Origin: Schmidtea polychroa
Lineage: Eukaryota
DNA: 64,000 nt
Direction: 5' to 3'
Assembly: GCA_044892525.1 (NCBI GenBank)
Contig: CM097885.1
Span: 26,476,001 to 26,540,000, forward strand
Part shown: positions 14,560 to 27,245 of the stretch, one piece after another
Position numbering within the stretch: position 1 is the stretch's first letter
How the letters are laid out: the number at the start of each line of letters is the position of its first letter
The notes under the pieces: model-generated
What the model was told of the DNA's origin: nothing
Databases searched by the model: none
The model's input: only the letters and a program-made list of their open reading frames with translations
Program-made: the position numbers and the translations under genes

Positions 14560-16250
14560 TCTTATACACCTTGGACATGATCTCGATTACTTTGAATATG
14601 GTTTCACATACTCATATACCTTGAATATGACATGACGTGCAATAAATGTGACCTCATTTTCATTGAATGTGACCCCATATGCCTTGAAATTGACCCCATA
14701 TACCTTGAATATGACCTTCGTACCTTTCATATAAACAATCTATATCTCAGTTAGATAATTGCAATTCATCAAAATGTAAACGATCACTGATCACACTAAG
14801 CCTCAAATATTTCAATGTACTAATCAAAGATATTTTCAATGAAACCTAATAAATCTTATTTTATGATTTAAAAAAAACATTCATAAATCTTATTCAACCT
14901 TCAATTTTGTACTCAAATCAGTCCTGAAAATCTTATCTAGTGAAATCTAAGAACAAACCAATTTAATTTTATGGCATTTTCTATTGAATCTAAGACACTT
15001 TTGATCTCACTTGACTGAGTAGACCAAAGATTTCAAGATTATAAAAGACTATAAAACTGATCATTTGATTATTTTCCTAATTTCCACAATCACTGTCGAA
15101 GTGTATATTAAAGCTATTTTATTGACCCCCTCCCCCATCCTCCCCCACTTAAAATGAGAAAACGAATCGATCTATTCTGTTATCCCGCTTAACAGGTGAT
15201 ATCAACAAATGATATGTAAATCTAGAACATTTATTTTCGTTTTCCAAATTTAGCGATGGCGTTAAGATATATATCTTGCTTAGAAGAACTCGAATTTCTT
15301 CAACGTTCTCAATGCTTGTTTATTTGTGAGCTGCTGGTTTACAATGTCCAAATTCATATTCGAGACCGCCTAATAGGTCACCCCATCAGTGTTAGGGTCT
15401 GAAATTATTTTAACATTTTGACAAATACATAAAATAGTGTCAGATAACGATGATCTTGGTGGGTCCTAAATGTTACATCTTATATGAATTAATGTATTTT
15501 AATTATGATTTTTGCACATTGTCGCATATAATAAGATATTTGCAAAATCTGTTTCTTAAAATTTGGTATACCCTAAAATGTTCCCGGTCATAACGTGACA
15601 GAAACTTAAACTCTCACTGCGATCGCAATTATTTCGGTCCATTGGAGTCGCCTAGATATAGTTTTTACGCCGTTCCCATTTCTGTATAGGGTCGTGGAGG
15701 GGTATTATGCCTTTTTGTTTTTAACTAATAGTGAAAAATGATTTCTTACGAAATGGCTATCTAACAACCCCCATTCGTAAATATGTCGATCAATGATTCT
15801 CAAATAATATGTAAGCTTCAAAGCTTTTGAAAGGTAGGAAAAAGTTTAAATTGCACTAATGGTGATACAATTATGTACGACATCACAAACTTGAATGGAG
15901 ACCCCTATTGGGACCTGCACAACTTTCACTATTTTGTATCTTTTTCATAATGAATTATTAATAGCCCAGATCAATTGTAATTTTGACTCCTCACACTAGG
16001 GTTTAGCTAACTTACTTCCCAGCCGCTCGGTGAATAATTTCGAACTATAATTTCGAATATTAAAACTATACTCAATTTATACCCATGTCTGTCCTTGCTT
16101 CTAATATCCCAAAAAACTTTGATTTTTTGTCAGTCTGTTCAAATTTAATTATATTATTGAGATAACGAAATTTTTACATTTATAACGAAGCTCAATGAAA
16201 TTGAAGGAAATATTTTATCTTTGAAGTATTTTCAATGTCTGAATAGTATT

Positions 16251-17012
16251 GGATAGTGCCAAATGAGGGAGGGAATAATGGATAGTGGCAAATGAGGGAG
16301 GGAATAATGGATAGTGCCAAATGAAGGAGAGAATATTGAATAGTGCCAAATGAGGGAGGGAATAATGGATAGTGGCAAATGAGGGAGGGAATATTGGATA
16401 GTGGCAAATGAGGGAGGGAATAATGGATAGTGGCAAATGAGGGAGGGAATAATGGATAGTGGCAAATGAGGGAGGGAATAATGGATAGTGCCAAATGAAG
16501 GAGAGAATATTGAATAGTGCCAAATGAGGGAGGGAATAATGGATAGTGGTAAATGAGGGAGGGAATATTGGATAGTGCCAAATGAGGGAGGGAATAATGG
16601 ATTGTGTCAAATGAGGGAGGGAATATTGGATAGTGGCAAATGAGGGAGGGAATATTGGATAGTGGCAAATGAGGGAGGGAATAATGGATAGTGCCAAATG
16701 AGGGAGGGAATAATGGATAGTGGCAAATGAGGAGGGAATATTGGATAGTGGCAAATGAGGGAGGGAATAATGGATAGTGGCAAATGAGGGAGGGGATAAT
16801 GGATAGTGGCAAATGAGGGAGGGAATATTGGATAGTGGCAAATGAGGGAGGGAATAATGGATTGTGTCAAATGAGGGAGGGAATATTGGATAGTGCCAAA
16901 TGAGGGAGGGAATAATGGATAGTGCCAAATGAGGGAGGGAATAATGGATAGTGCCAAATGAGGAAGGGAATAATGGATAGTGGCAAATGAGGGAGGGGAT
17001 AATGGATTGTGT
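16251..17012. repeat. 29-bp purine-rich minisatellite (GGATAGTGGCAAATGAGGGAGGGAATAAT), about 26 copies
   Basis: Head-to-tail tandem units with a few variant positions and no spacers. Confidence 0.95.
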
Positions 17013-17849
17013 CTAATAGTTTGATAATTGATAACCTCAAATATTGTCACAAAGATTAGAAAATTAATGAAATTATTTGAATAGCGAATACTTTCTTCTG
17101 TGTCCCTTTCCTATAGAACTATTCACGGATTTTAAATTTTAACTTATTAATTTCATAAAATAAATGTAAATATTTTAATAAATAGTATAATTTAAACAAA
17201 TGATCGCAGTTGGAACCTCAGTGATCTTGTGGAGTGTCAAACCGAAAAATAGTCAATTAAATGTATTTAAATCATGCAAATTCTAGCGGTAAAAAATTGG
17301 TAATTATTATCGTAATAAAAGTACGAAATAAAAACAAACAAAAGTCCAAAAATTAAGATTAGATTAAAACAAAAATTCCAATTTAAAAGATAGTGAATAT
17401 TTTTAAAAGATAATTTCTATTTTCAATTGAATTTTTGCTTTTTAATTGAGTTTGATTTTGTTGTAAATGATAAAATAAAATTAATTGGAAATAAATTCAT
17501 CAACACGTAGACAAATTATTAATAATAATAAATCGGATATATATTTTTGGGCGTGGTCGCAAAGATATTAAATTGCGCCATAATATAATATACGCATCGA
17601 ATTATTTTTACATTGTATTTTTATTTATATATAAAAAATAAATTCTACTTTTATTTATAAGTAGATTATTTTATTTAAATTATTTAATTGAAAATTTTAA
17701 TTAATTTTTTTTATTAATTAACACATTTTATTTAGGAGCCCTTAAACTTTAGCTCAGTGAATCTTTTTATACAATAACAATTTTCCGACTTAGATATTTG
17801 TTGATAAATATAATCTTCCGAATCAAGACCTGAAACGCCCGATTTTGTG

Positions 17850-18725
17850 CCTTGCATCATATTGCTCAATATTTATTTTCCAATTTATTTGCAACAAACA
17901 AAATAAATCTTTAGCGTATAAATTAAAAATAGAAAAAATTTATAAAAATTTTAAAACGAATACGGAAAGTCTTGAAGATAGTATCGTCCTAAGGTCTACT
18001 GATAGGAATATACCATGCCAGGGTAGCTGTGGATTAGTAATGAAATGAGAAAAGTATTGAGATGTTATGAGTTTAATTGTACTCGCTACAAAAAGCGAAT
18101 GAACAATAATAAACGATTTTTTAAGCACGGGTAAAAATGTTGAAAGGGCCCTAAAAGGGGCGACAACTGACTTTTTTGCAAATTAGATGGGCTATAAATA
18201 ATTGTACAAATAGATGAGACAACATGTTCAAAAGGCACAGAGGTCGCTATTCTACTATTAAGAAAGACGCATGCTGTTTGTATCATCAAATGTTTCCCAT
18301 CGATAACTAAGAGGGGTCCAGGTTATACCTGACCAGAAGGTAACAACACTAATTTCGATCAAAAAAGACTGCGTAGTTGACGGAAGTATGATATACACCG
18401 ACGAACATAAAAGTTACATAAAAGCATTTGTTCCGCGAAAATTTTCAGCACGCAATAGTCTGTCACAAATATAATTTTGTATAACTGACAACTGGAGTGC
18501 ATACGCAAAACGTGGAATCATTTAATAACTCTATCAAGCTTGAAATAAAAATGCGAAAAGTTGTTAAGATTACAATGAGAGCCGAGTTTTGTCTGAATTA
18601 ATCTGGATGTGGAAATACAAACTCTATTTAATTTAATTAATTTAATTAACAGAATAATTCATAATTTTGATTCTTACTTTACGCGCAAAAAAGTACCGTG
18701 TAAATAGGGGGGAAAGGTGTATACT
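17850..18725 (+). mobile_element. Degraded Merlin (IS1595/ISXO2-like DDE) transposon
   Basis: Fragments IVQIDET, VDGSMIYTDEHKSY and HAIVCHKYNFV*LTTGVHTQNVESFNNSIK, with frameshifts and stops. The left end was not identified. Confidence 0.8.
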
Positions 18726-19134
18726 ATAAATTTTAGTTTTTAAAACAATTCCTAATATTACCGTTTTTTCCGAAATAAGATATCCCCCGAAAATAAGTTT
18801 TATTTTTACAAGTTTTGTTTTACTTTCGGAAAAATTAATAAAATTTGCATCATATACTTAATTAATATTTAATTAATTTTAATTTCTTTTTATATTTGTT
18901 TGTTTTCTGATTTTTTATCAAGATTTATTATGTAACCTGAATTTCCAATGTAGTCTTTTACAAGTATTTCAGGGTTCGCCAAAATTCTAAATAAAAATAT
19001 TGATCTATAATGAAAGCAAATAAACATAGAAAAAATTGAAAATAATTCAATGATAAAAAAGATCAATTTATCTATTATTTATTATTTTTATTAATTATTA
19101 ATTAATTGTTTAATTGCTTAATATTTAATATTAA

Positions 19135-19240
19135 ATCACTTCAACAGAAAAAAGGCAGTGCCGAAAATTCGTGAATATCAAAAAACATCGATATCATTAC
19201 TGATTCATAGTAATTTGTTTAATAAATATAATGTCAATAT
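19135..19240 (+). repeat. Family A repeat copy
   Basis: AAAAAGGCAGTGCCGAAAATTCGTGAATATCAAAAAACATCGATATC. Confidence 0.8.
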
Positions 19241-19676
19241 TTAATTTTAAATTTTTTAAGTTTTTAATTATTAATTATTATCAATTTTATTGTTAATTAT
19301 TATTATATTAATATTATTATTTAATTAATTAATTAATAATTAATATTTTATTTTAATTTCAAATAATTGTAATCAAGTTTTTAAATAATAATTATGATTA
19401 TAAATTTTTTTATTATTTATTTATTATATTTCCTTTAATTTATAATTGTATTTAAATTTATTTAATCTGGGAAACATAATTTTAAAAATGAAATATCATT
19501 GGTTGATTTAGCTAAGTAATAATTTCTTCAACAGTAAATTAAAATTTCATAGTCCTCTCCTTTTAGTATTTAAATTGATGCCTGTGCTTTTAAAATATTA
19601 TTTTCAACCTAAAATCTGTACCAGAAACTCAGTAGAATTTGTATTTTCCCCCATGTGATTACCGACTGCAATCCAA

Positions 19677-20458
19677 ATGCTATCCGGGCTGAAAAACAAA
19701 GCGCTCATAAAGGAGTTTTCTCTCAACCAAACGGCACTTAGCAAACGATTTGAAAGAAAACAGAAACTGTTTTCCAAATCCAAAACCCAAACCTTAGATC
19801 TGTCAGAAGAGAAACATTTGCCGACTCTCATAATTGAACCATCGAGTGATGGTGAAGAGATTCATGATGGGATAATTGAGTCAATCACGAATTTCCAGTT
19901 GAAATCCCGATCCTATTCCTACACAAACAATGAATCCGCTGAAGAAGCCAGTCCGTCAACTCCAGACGCAATCGAGGATTTTGCTCAAACCAAAATCATG
20001 AAACACTATTTTCGTCGTAGAGGAAAATCAGTAGACATTCCCAAGCCTTGCATTCACTGTATTTTGGTGGAGAAATATACATCCAATTTGGCTTTCTGTC
20101 AATTATTACAAGATGAATTGTACGATAAAACTCTTGAAAATTATTTGACAATGACTGAAACCGACTCAAATATCATTGAAAATAATGATAAGAATAAAGA
20201 GAGAAGTGATGGAACGACAACGAAAAGCAAACCTCTCATTCCGAATCCCAGTCCTTCTGCTGATAAACTGTCTCATTTCTTACAAGTGCCCGAACAGAAA
20301 GATGTTAATATAAATTCTAAACCTCGATCCCAATCAATTGACCAAATTATCGATTATTTGAGCTTAGATAAACAAAACCTTTCGGTGGAATTTTTAATGA
20401 CAAATAATAATAAACCAAGAGCGGTATCAATAGACTTTAATATGCCTTTTCGATTGAG
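19677..20458 (+). CDS. Diacylglycerol kinase zeta/iota-like (type IV), probable first coding exon (long N-terminus)
   Basis: ATG at 19677, ~260 open codons, donor AG|GTATGG at 20458/20459. Phase 2 fits the exon at 29085 and creates RL-R-KSAK. The link to the downstream exons rests on phase and position. Confidence 0.7.
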
Positions 20459-21500
20459 GTATGGGACATTAATTCAACTATATATTTTAAATTTATTGTT
20501 ACACCCAACCGGAAGTGCAACAACGATTTTGTTAAGGTGGGAAACAGGGAAAATAGTTTTCGTTAAAATTCAATTTTCTGCCAATTAGTTAAGAATAGAA
20601 TATTTACCTTTTCAGATATTTCATTTGAAATATATACATAAGTAACATATTATTAACAGTGAATTGTAGTGGGGTCGTACGTGCTCCAGCGATCCCATTG
20701 TTAATTTTTTCACAATTTACTATTGTATATAATGCTATGTGATAAATACCAGTTACAATTATCACATGGATTCAATATACAATATGTAATTCATATACCA
20801 TATTTATAATTCCAGATAATAAATACTATCACTCACTAAAATGAAGCGGTCACTGTGATTTATAGGTATTAAGGTTTATATACCATTTCTAAATTGAATT
20901 TGCTATAAGTAATTACAATGAATTTAGAGAATTGAAAATCGTGTTTATTTATATTTAATCAAGGATGTGTTTAATTATTCACGTGCTTTTGACTGCATGC
21001 CACAAATGTGCATGCGTGTATGCATTGAGCACTCTTCACATTAAATCGAATCTGCTGTAGGTTAAAAAGAAAGAGTTTGCTTAAAAATTGTAACTCATTC
21101 AGATCTTCAAGAAATATTTTTTGCCAATCTAAATTTATTCCTTGGTTTTTTGATTGTACTCTTAAACAGGTTGAATAAATTGTCTTTAAAAATAATTTAT
21201 CTTTTTATCTTTATCCCTTTATCTGTTTTCAATTTAAAATTACAATATTCAATTTAATCAATGTTTTGTTTTAATTTATAGTTGCAAACTAAATGAACAT
21301 AAAGGAACATAAAATATGTAATAATATTCGAAAATCTATTTTGCTAACCAAATTATACAATTCTCTCCCATCCAGTTATCATTGGTTATTTTTTCAAATA
21401 AAGGGACACATTTAAAGGATTCTTAATGGGAATTCAGAATTTAATTTACCTCACATTTCTACAACTATTACAATAAGAAGAATTTCTTAAAACAAGAATT

Positions 21501-21620
<120 letters not shown>

Positions 21621-23951
21621 TCTTATAGAGGGCTGTCCAATGGGTACACTGTCTCTAATTTTGGCATAATATTATGAAGTATATTATAAGGATTACTTTT
21701 TTTAATACTGAAATCCTTATTGTAAAACAAAGTCTGAAATTATTCTTTTTAATTATCAAATGTTAAAAGCTCAATTAAATTTATCCAAAATAACCAATCT
21801 ACTCCAATATTGATTCACCATTCGATAAAAACATGCCGAAAGAATGCTGTTAAATGTTGTAAAAATGAAAATTTAATAAATGAAAATTTATAAAGGAAAA
21901 AGATAAATTAAAAGATAAATCACAACTAAATGATTTAGGCCTTCTAGAAATAAAGAATAATTAGGCTAGAAAAATGAATATTACAGATCTCATGGCCAAA
22001 TTTGACTCCGAAAAGGCTAGAAAAAAACTATAAAATGCATTTAATTATAAATATAAAATGTAATATTTTGTAAGATTAATCAATAATAAAAACCAGTTTT
22101 AAATTGTATTTTATTTTTTCTTTATTTTTACTTAAACTAGCTTAAATCAATCTTTTTTTTACTTTGGGCCTAAAATTTTTAGTTTTGACACTGAAATATA
22201 ATAATTGGAAAGTAATTAATATTTTCTAAAAATTAAATTAATCCAATTTATTATCAGAAATCATAAATTAATATTTTTTTATTATTAATTATTATTATTA
22301 TCAATTATATTTTCTTTAATCTCAGATTTTTTGAAACAATTTTCCTTAATTAATTTTCTATCAATTGATACAAATTTCACTTTTGCATTCAGATTTATTA
22401 TATAATAAAAATAGAATAATTCAAAAAAATCTTTTCGTATAAATCCGTTATCTACATAATCTATCTTTTCATTAAAAAATTGAGATTTCGCATTTATTCG
22501 GGTACCCGGTATAATTAGATAAATTATATTATTATTTTAATTATTTTTGAGGGTGACGATACAATAGCAGTTTAATTTTTGGTTTGTTGGCCGAAAATCA
22601 GTTGAAAAAATGCGAGAAAATTCTGAAAAAAAGTTTGATTGATTTTTCTAACAACATAGTCTGACTACTATCAGTAATTTTTATTTTCCCAAAGGTTAAT
22701 AATAATGGATAAATTCTAGATTTTACATTATAATTTAAGAATTACAGTGCATATTTGTACATATACGCCCTCATTTCAAGATGTAAACATTATTCGTTAG
22801 ATATTTACATTATTTGAGAAAACATAATGAATTTAATAATGAATAATATTTAATATGTATAAAAAAATTAAACAAAATTAAACAAAATTAAACAAATTAA
22901 ACAAAAAATCAATTGTATGTTTTTGTTTCAACGGTCCTAGATTTTTTGTAAAATATAAACGTTTTTTTTCAACCATAGCTAGTAAATTTGATTAATCTGT
23001 AAATTTTCGTCGAGTATTTTTATTTTATAATAATTAACCCAATCATAAAATGAATATTTTTAATAGACAATAATTGTTATAAATCTCAAAAATAACGTGG
23101 CTTTTTGCAATAACGAAATCCGTATAAAACGACGAAAATTCAAAAATCTATATAAAATTACACCGTATCTCTCGATGCAACATTCGTTTTATGCTATTAT
23201 ATACCATTTCCAAGTTCAATCTACTATAAACAGAAAAGTATACACTGCCCAATGAATGAACACATAGTAGGAAAATACAGTGAAAATCACGAGCAAAAGC
23301 ATAAAACATCCTATCCATATTCTAATCACAAAACATCATAATGTAAAATACAATTTTGAGTTTATTATGTTGGTGTATTTTCTATGTAACCAGAAAAAAA
23401 TTCAAGTAAATATTATATCGAAATTGTCTACTTGTAGCAGACTGAATTTGGAAATGGTTTACTATTCGGTCTTTATCTATGAAGGCAAAGAAATATTTAC
23501 ATTTATTTTTATCTTTAGGAATCGTAGATTTGTAATTATTTTTAGTCCATTTCTAAATTGGCTAAAATAAATTTTCTTAAAAATAAAATTCATTTAATGG
23601 TGACTCTCCAATTGTTGTAGACACTAACCACCATTATACAAACTGTATGTGAGTGATTTCTGGTACATGAAGCCCCAGGCCTTATCCTGTTGTAGAAATA
23701 CTCAATTTCGATTCACTAATCCGATTTCAATTGTCTTAAACTATTTTTATATAAATAAAATCAGAATTTAAAGAAAATAATTATTTTTTATATTAATAAG
23801 CTCTATAAAATTCATTAAACATTCAATAAATTATAAAAAGAAAATGTTGTAAATATTTATAACATTATAAATATATATTTCCAAATATCTTGTGAAATTT
23901 TCGATTTTCAATTTTTGTTTCATTTGCATTTTTTATTATGATAAAATAATT

Positions 23952-24322
23952 GCTACTTTCGTGTTATCTTACCCCAAAAAATTAAATTATAAAATACAAT
24001 TAAAATAACAATATAAAAAATGAGAGAATACATTATTGATGACGTTATTGAACATTATTGAACATGAATTTATTAAGGCTATCTGTGATTTATGTGATTA
24101 TGTGAGATTATGTGAGTTTATGTGGCGCAAACGTGTTCTAACCAACAGTGCCGATGTGTTCGACACTATTCTCAACGACATTGTGGTTTCCTGGCCACCT
24201 GGATGACCATTTACAAACTCTTTACGAACATTTGCTGAGTTTGTAACTGATTTAGAAAATAAATATAATAATTATGTTTTCTTTTAATTTAATTTTTGGG
24301 GGTAAGATAACACGGAAGTACC
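23952..24322 (+). mobile_element. Non-autonomous Merlin-type element (deletion derivative)
   Basis: ~38-bp TIRs G(C/G)TACTT(T/C)CGTGTTATCTTACCCC.AAAAATTAAATTA and a perfect 8-bp TSD AAATAATT. Internal CEFMWRKR..DVFDTILNDI resembles a Merlin transposase C-terminus. Confidence 0.8.
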
Positions 24323-24703
24323 AAATAATTTGTTTTAAATAATTGACATTTTAATGAACAAATCTTCTGAAACGTTTTTTCTTTCGTTTTTCTATTTTCT
24401 ATGAGCTTAGGTTGTTGCTACCATTTTATTGCTGTCATAAAGTCAGTAAATTTTTATTTAGTTTTCTTGTTTTTTGTGGTTATTAAAAACATTGTAAATT
24501 ATAAAATTTTTAAAATTGATATAATTGAATATAATTGAATATAAAAGTATTATAAGTAGGGCAAGAAATAATTTGCATTTAAAATTGAAAATTTTGCATT
24601 TATAAATCGAGAATTTTGCATTTTTGCCGAAAAATTTGCATTTATGAATAATTGACATTAATGTTAATTTTTAAAATAAAAAATAAATAAGCGTTAAAAA
24701 TTT

Positions 24704-24792
24704 CTTGAAAAAGCTGTGCCGAAAATTCGTGAGTATCAACAAACATCGATATATTACTGATTTATAGTCTTCAAGCTCTCTTTTTAATAAAT
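24704..24792 (+). repeat. Family A repeat copy
   Basis: CTTGAAAAAGCTGTGCCGAAAATTCGTGAGTATCAACAAACATCGATAT. Confidence 0.8.
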
Positions 24793-24860
24793 AAAAATAT
24801 AAAAGTAGTTTAATAAAAAGTTTTAATTTTAAGTAAATAAAACTAACTGAAGGATTTTTA

Positions 24861-24968
24861 AGTAAAATTAGTCGTTAGTTATTAGATACTACTGCCAAAA
24901 AAGTTTTATTATAGCATTAACAAAACCTTTTTGGCAGTAGTCACTAATAACTAACGTCTAAATTTACG
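24861..24968. repeat. ~110-bp imperfect palindrome / foldback
   Basis: Left arm TAGTCGTTAGTTATTAG..CTACTGCCAAAAA pairs with right arm TTTTTGGCAGTAG..CTAATAACTAACGTCTA. Confidence 0.8.
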
Positions 24969-26287
24969 TATAAGGAAAATAAAATTTTCATAATTTCCCA
25001 CGAAAAGATGTCGATTACTTTAGATTTTGTTTGGCAAAATTACAAGACTTAGTTCCCGGCATAACGATTCGATGGTAGCTTAGCATATCAACATTAAATG
25101 AAAAGTAACTAGAAATATTCCTGATCCGTGGCTCTATGGAAAGGCTTATCAATGCCTTCTTGGGACCACTAGGAACTACTATAGTTAAGTTAAAACGGGT
25201 TGATAGTGACCCATGTTAGTTTCTTATTGAGTTTTATAACTTAATGAACAACTTGCTGTCTGTCATAATTTATGGACGTCTTTGCGTCTAAATTTATTTA
25301 CATTTGTATCAAATACATTGAAATAGGTTAGTTTCTTTTCTTTATTATATCTTAGTATCTGATGTTCATAAACCTAATCACTGTTTATTATCAATCTACA
25401 TTATATAATATGTTGACCTGTAAACAATAATAATTTTAATACAGTTATTTAAAGAGTTCCAAGTATAACATATTGAAATACTGAGATTGTTCAGTAAACT
25501 ATAAAGAATAAAAACTATATGCATATACATACTATCATTATATATTAACATATAATAATAAGTGTATTTTTTATATTTTTTAAAATTAAACTCTTTTTTG
25601 CCGGGGTTCCACAATATCTAAATCAGATCCTCTAATAGGCTCCTGTACAAATATATCGGTATAAGAAACTTCTAAAAAATTTGTGCGCTGTGTCAAAAAA
25701 CATTGATTTGAAAAATAATCTTTTTAATATCATAGAACTTTAAATGAACAAGCAAAAAAATCACACATTGATGACGAAAAAAGCAAATGTAACTTTTTCA
25801 AAAATTGCTCGAAACCTAATGAAAACATTTTTAAAATTTATTATTGTTTCAGCAAGGAATAATTAAATCCTTTTCAAAGTTATATAAATTTCAAAAAAAT
25901 CAACCGTAAAATTTTGTCCTCTTTTCCTTTCAATTAAATATTAACTGTAAAAAATATTGAAAATAATTAATCTAACAATAATATATATTTATTTATATTA
26001 TAATTACAATTAAATTTAGTGATAATTTGAAAAAATTAGTTGAGTATTATGACAGTTATAATTTATTAGAAACAATTCCTTCATATTAAGGAATTGTAAA
26101 TAATTCCCAAAAATGGACATTCTTTGTAAATAATTCATATTTTCGTCTTTTCTTTATTTTATTTATTTTCTACATATAGTAATTTTTAATATTATTAATA
26201 AATATTATAACATCATTAATAATTTAATTAAAAATAGGTGGTTGATTAACTTAATTAAAATAAAGTGTGTTGTGATATTCGACGCAA

Positions 26288-26340
26288 TTTTAATGGCAAA
26301 CTGGTTTCAGGATTATTTGGCTCTTATCAGTGACATTAAA
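26288..26340 (-). ncRNA. Degenerate type I hammerhead-like motif
   Basis: Minus strand TTTAATGTCA-CTGATAA-GAG..CCT-GAAA-CCAG-TT-TGCCATTAAA. Stem I is retained, but the core (G8 to A) and stem II are damaged. Confidence 0.4.
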
Positions 26341-26994
26341 AAAACTTGATTCACTCCATTATAGTAGTTTTGAAACCAATTTAGTGATACAAGGATGGTA
26401 TGAGTTCCTCACATCCAATATGTCAAATGTTTTATTATATATTTTATTATTATATTTTATGTGGTCAAACTGTGAGTGATCAGATTCTAGTATTAGATTG
26501 AAATATCACTGGGTTCAATCCAGAGTTGGATAAGATCCAAATACGTTAGAAACTAGTTTGTCAATTAGAAAATGCATTGAATAATTATTATAATTCATCA
26601 TTTATTTTAAAAATATTTTTCATTAAATATAATGGTTTATATAGATATAAGTTAATACTCTTGACAATTCAAATTGTCTAAGTTTCGTCTAGAAATTATT
26701 AAGCCTACTTAAAGGTTGCATTTATTTTATGCTTTATTTGCATTTTAAATAGTTTGGAATTGAATGAATCTTATTAAAAAAATAATTTAAAAAAATTTCT
26801 AATGTACAATTTTTTTTACAATAAAAAGTGTAAATCAAGTTAAATTTGCTATTAAAAAGTCGATTTTTAACGATATTTTTCGTCAGATTAATTATCACAA
26901 AAATTTAAACAAAAGATGTATTTATAATATAAATTTTATATTATAAATATTGATTACATAATCGCGGATAAAATAAATTTATTAAAAATCCAAA

Positions 26995-27245
26995 CGGCTA
27001 GTTAAGCCACATCGGCTGACTTGCGTTAATATTTTCTCATTACAAGGAGGGCAAAAAATATCATAATTTTTAGAATAGATTCATACTTAGAGATTTTCAG
27101 TCTTACTCTATCGAATTGTAGATTTGTTCCATTTACCTTTCAAGTACATTTACCAGTGATCGGAATCTGCGGTTCCTCTCGTACTGAGCATAATAACTCA
27201 CTATCATGACAAATTATATATTAGAGTAAAATTAAACTGTCTCAC
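26995..27245 (-). rRNA. Divergent fragment of the 3' part of LSU (28S) rRNA, non-functional copy
   Basis: Minus strand GTGAGACAGTTTAATTTTACTCTA..GCTCAGTACGAGAGGAACCGCAG (sarcin-ricin loop)..GACTGAAAATCTCTAAGTATGAATC is collinear with eukaryotic 28S. Confidence 0.85.

Noticed and set aside
16192..17050. Four long overlapping ORFs and a CRISPR-like periodic look
   Set aside because: A 29-bp tandem repeat largely lacking stops on one strand. There are no unique spacers and no cas genes, and the context is eukaryotic.
20459..20588. C-terminal part of the 303-aa ORF
   Set aside because: Lies after a good splice donor and is probably intron read-through.
20650..21060. Possible minus-strand GIY-YIG remnant, and a segment shared with 60655-60742
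   Set aside because: Too degraded to delimit or classify with confidence.
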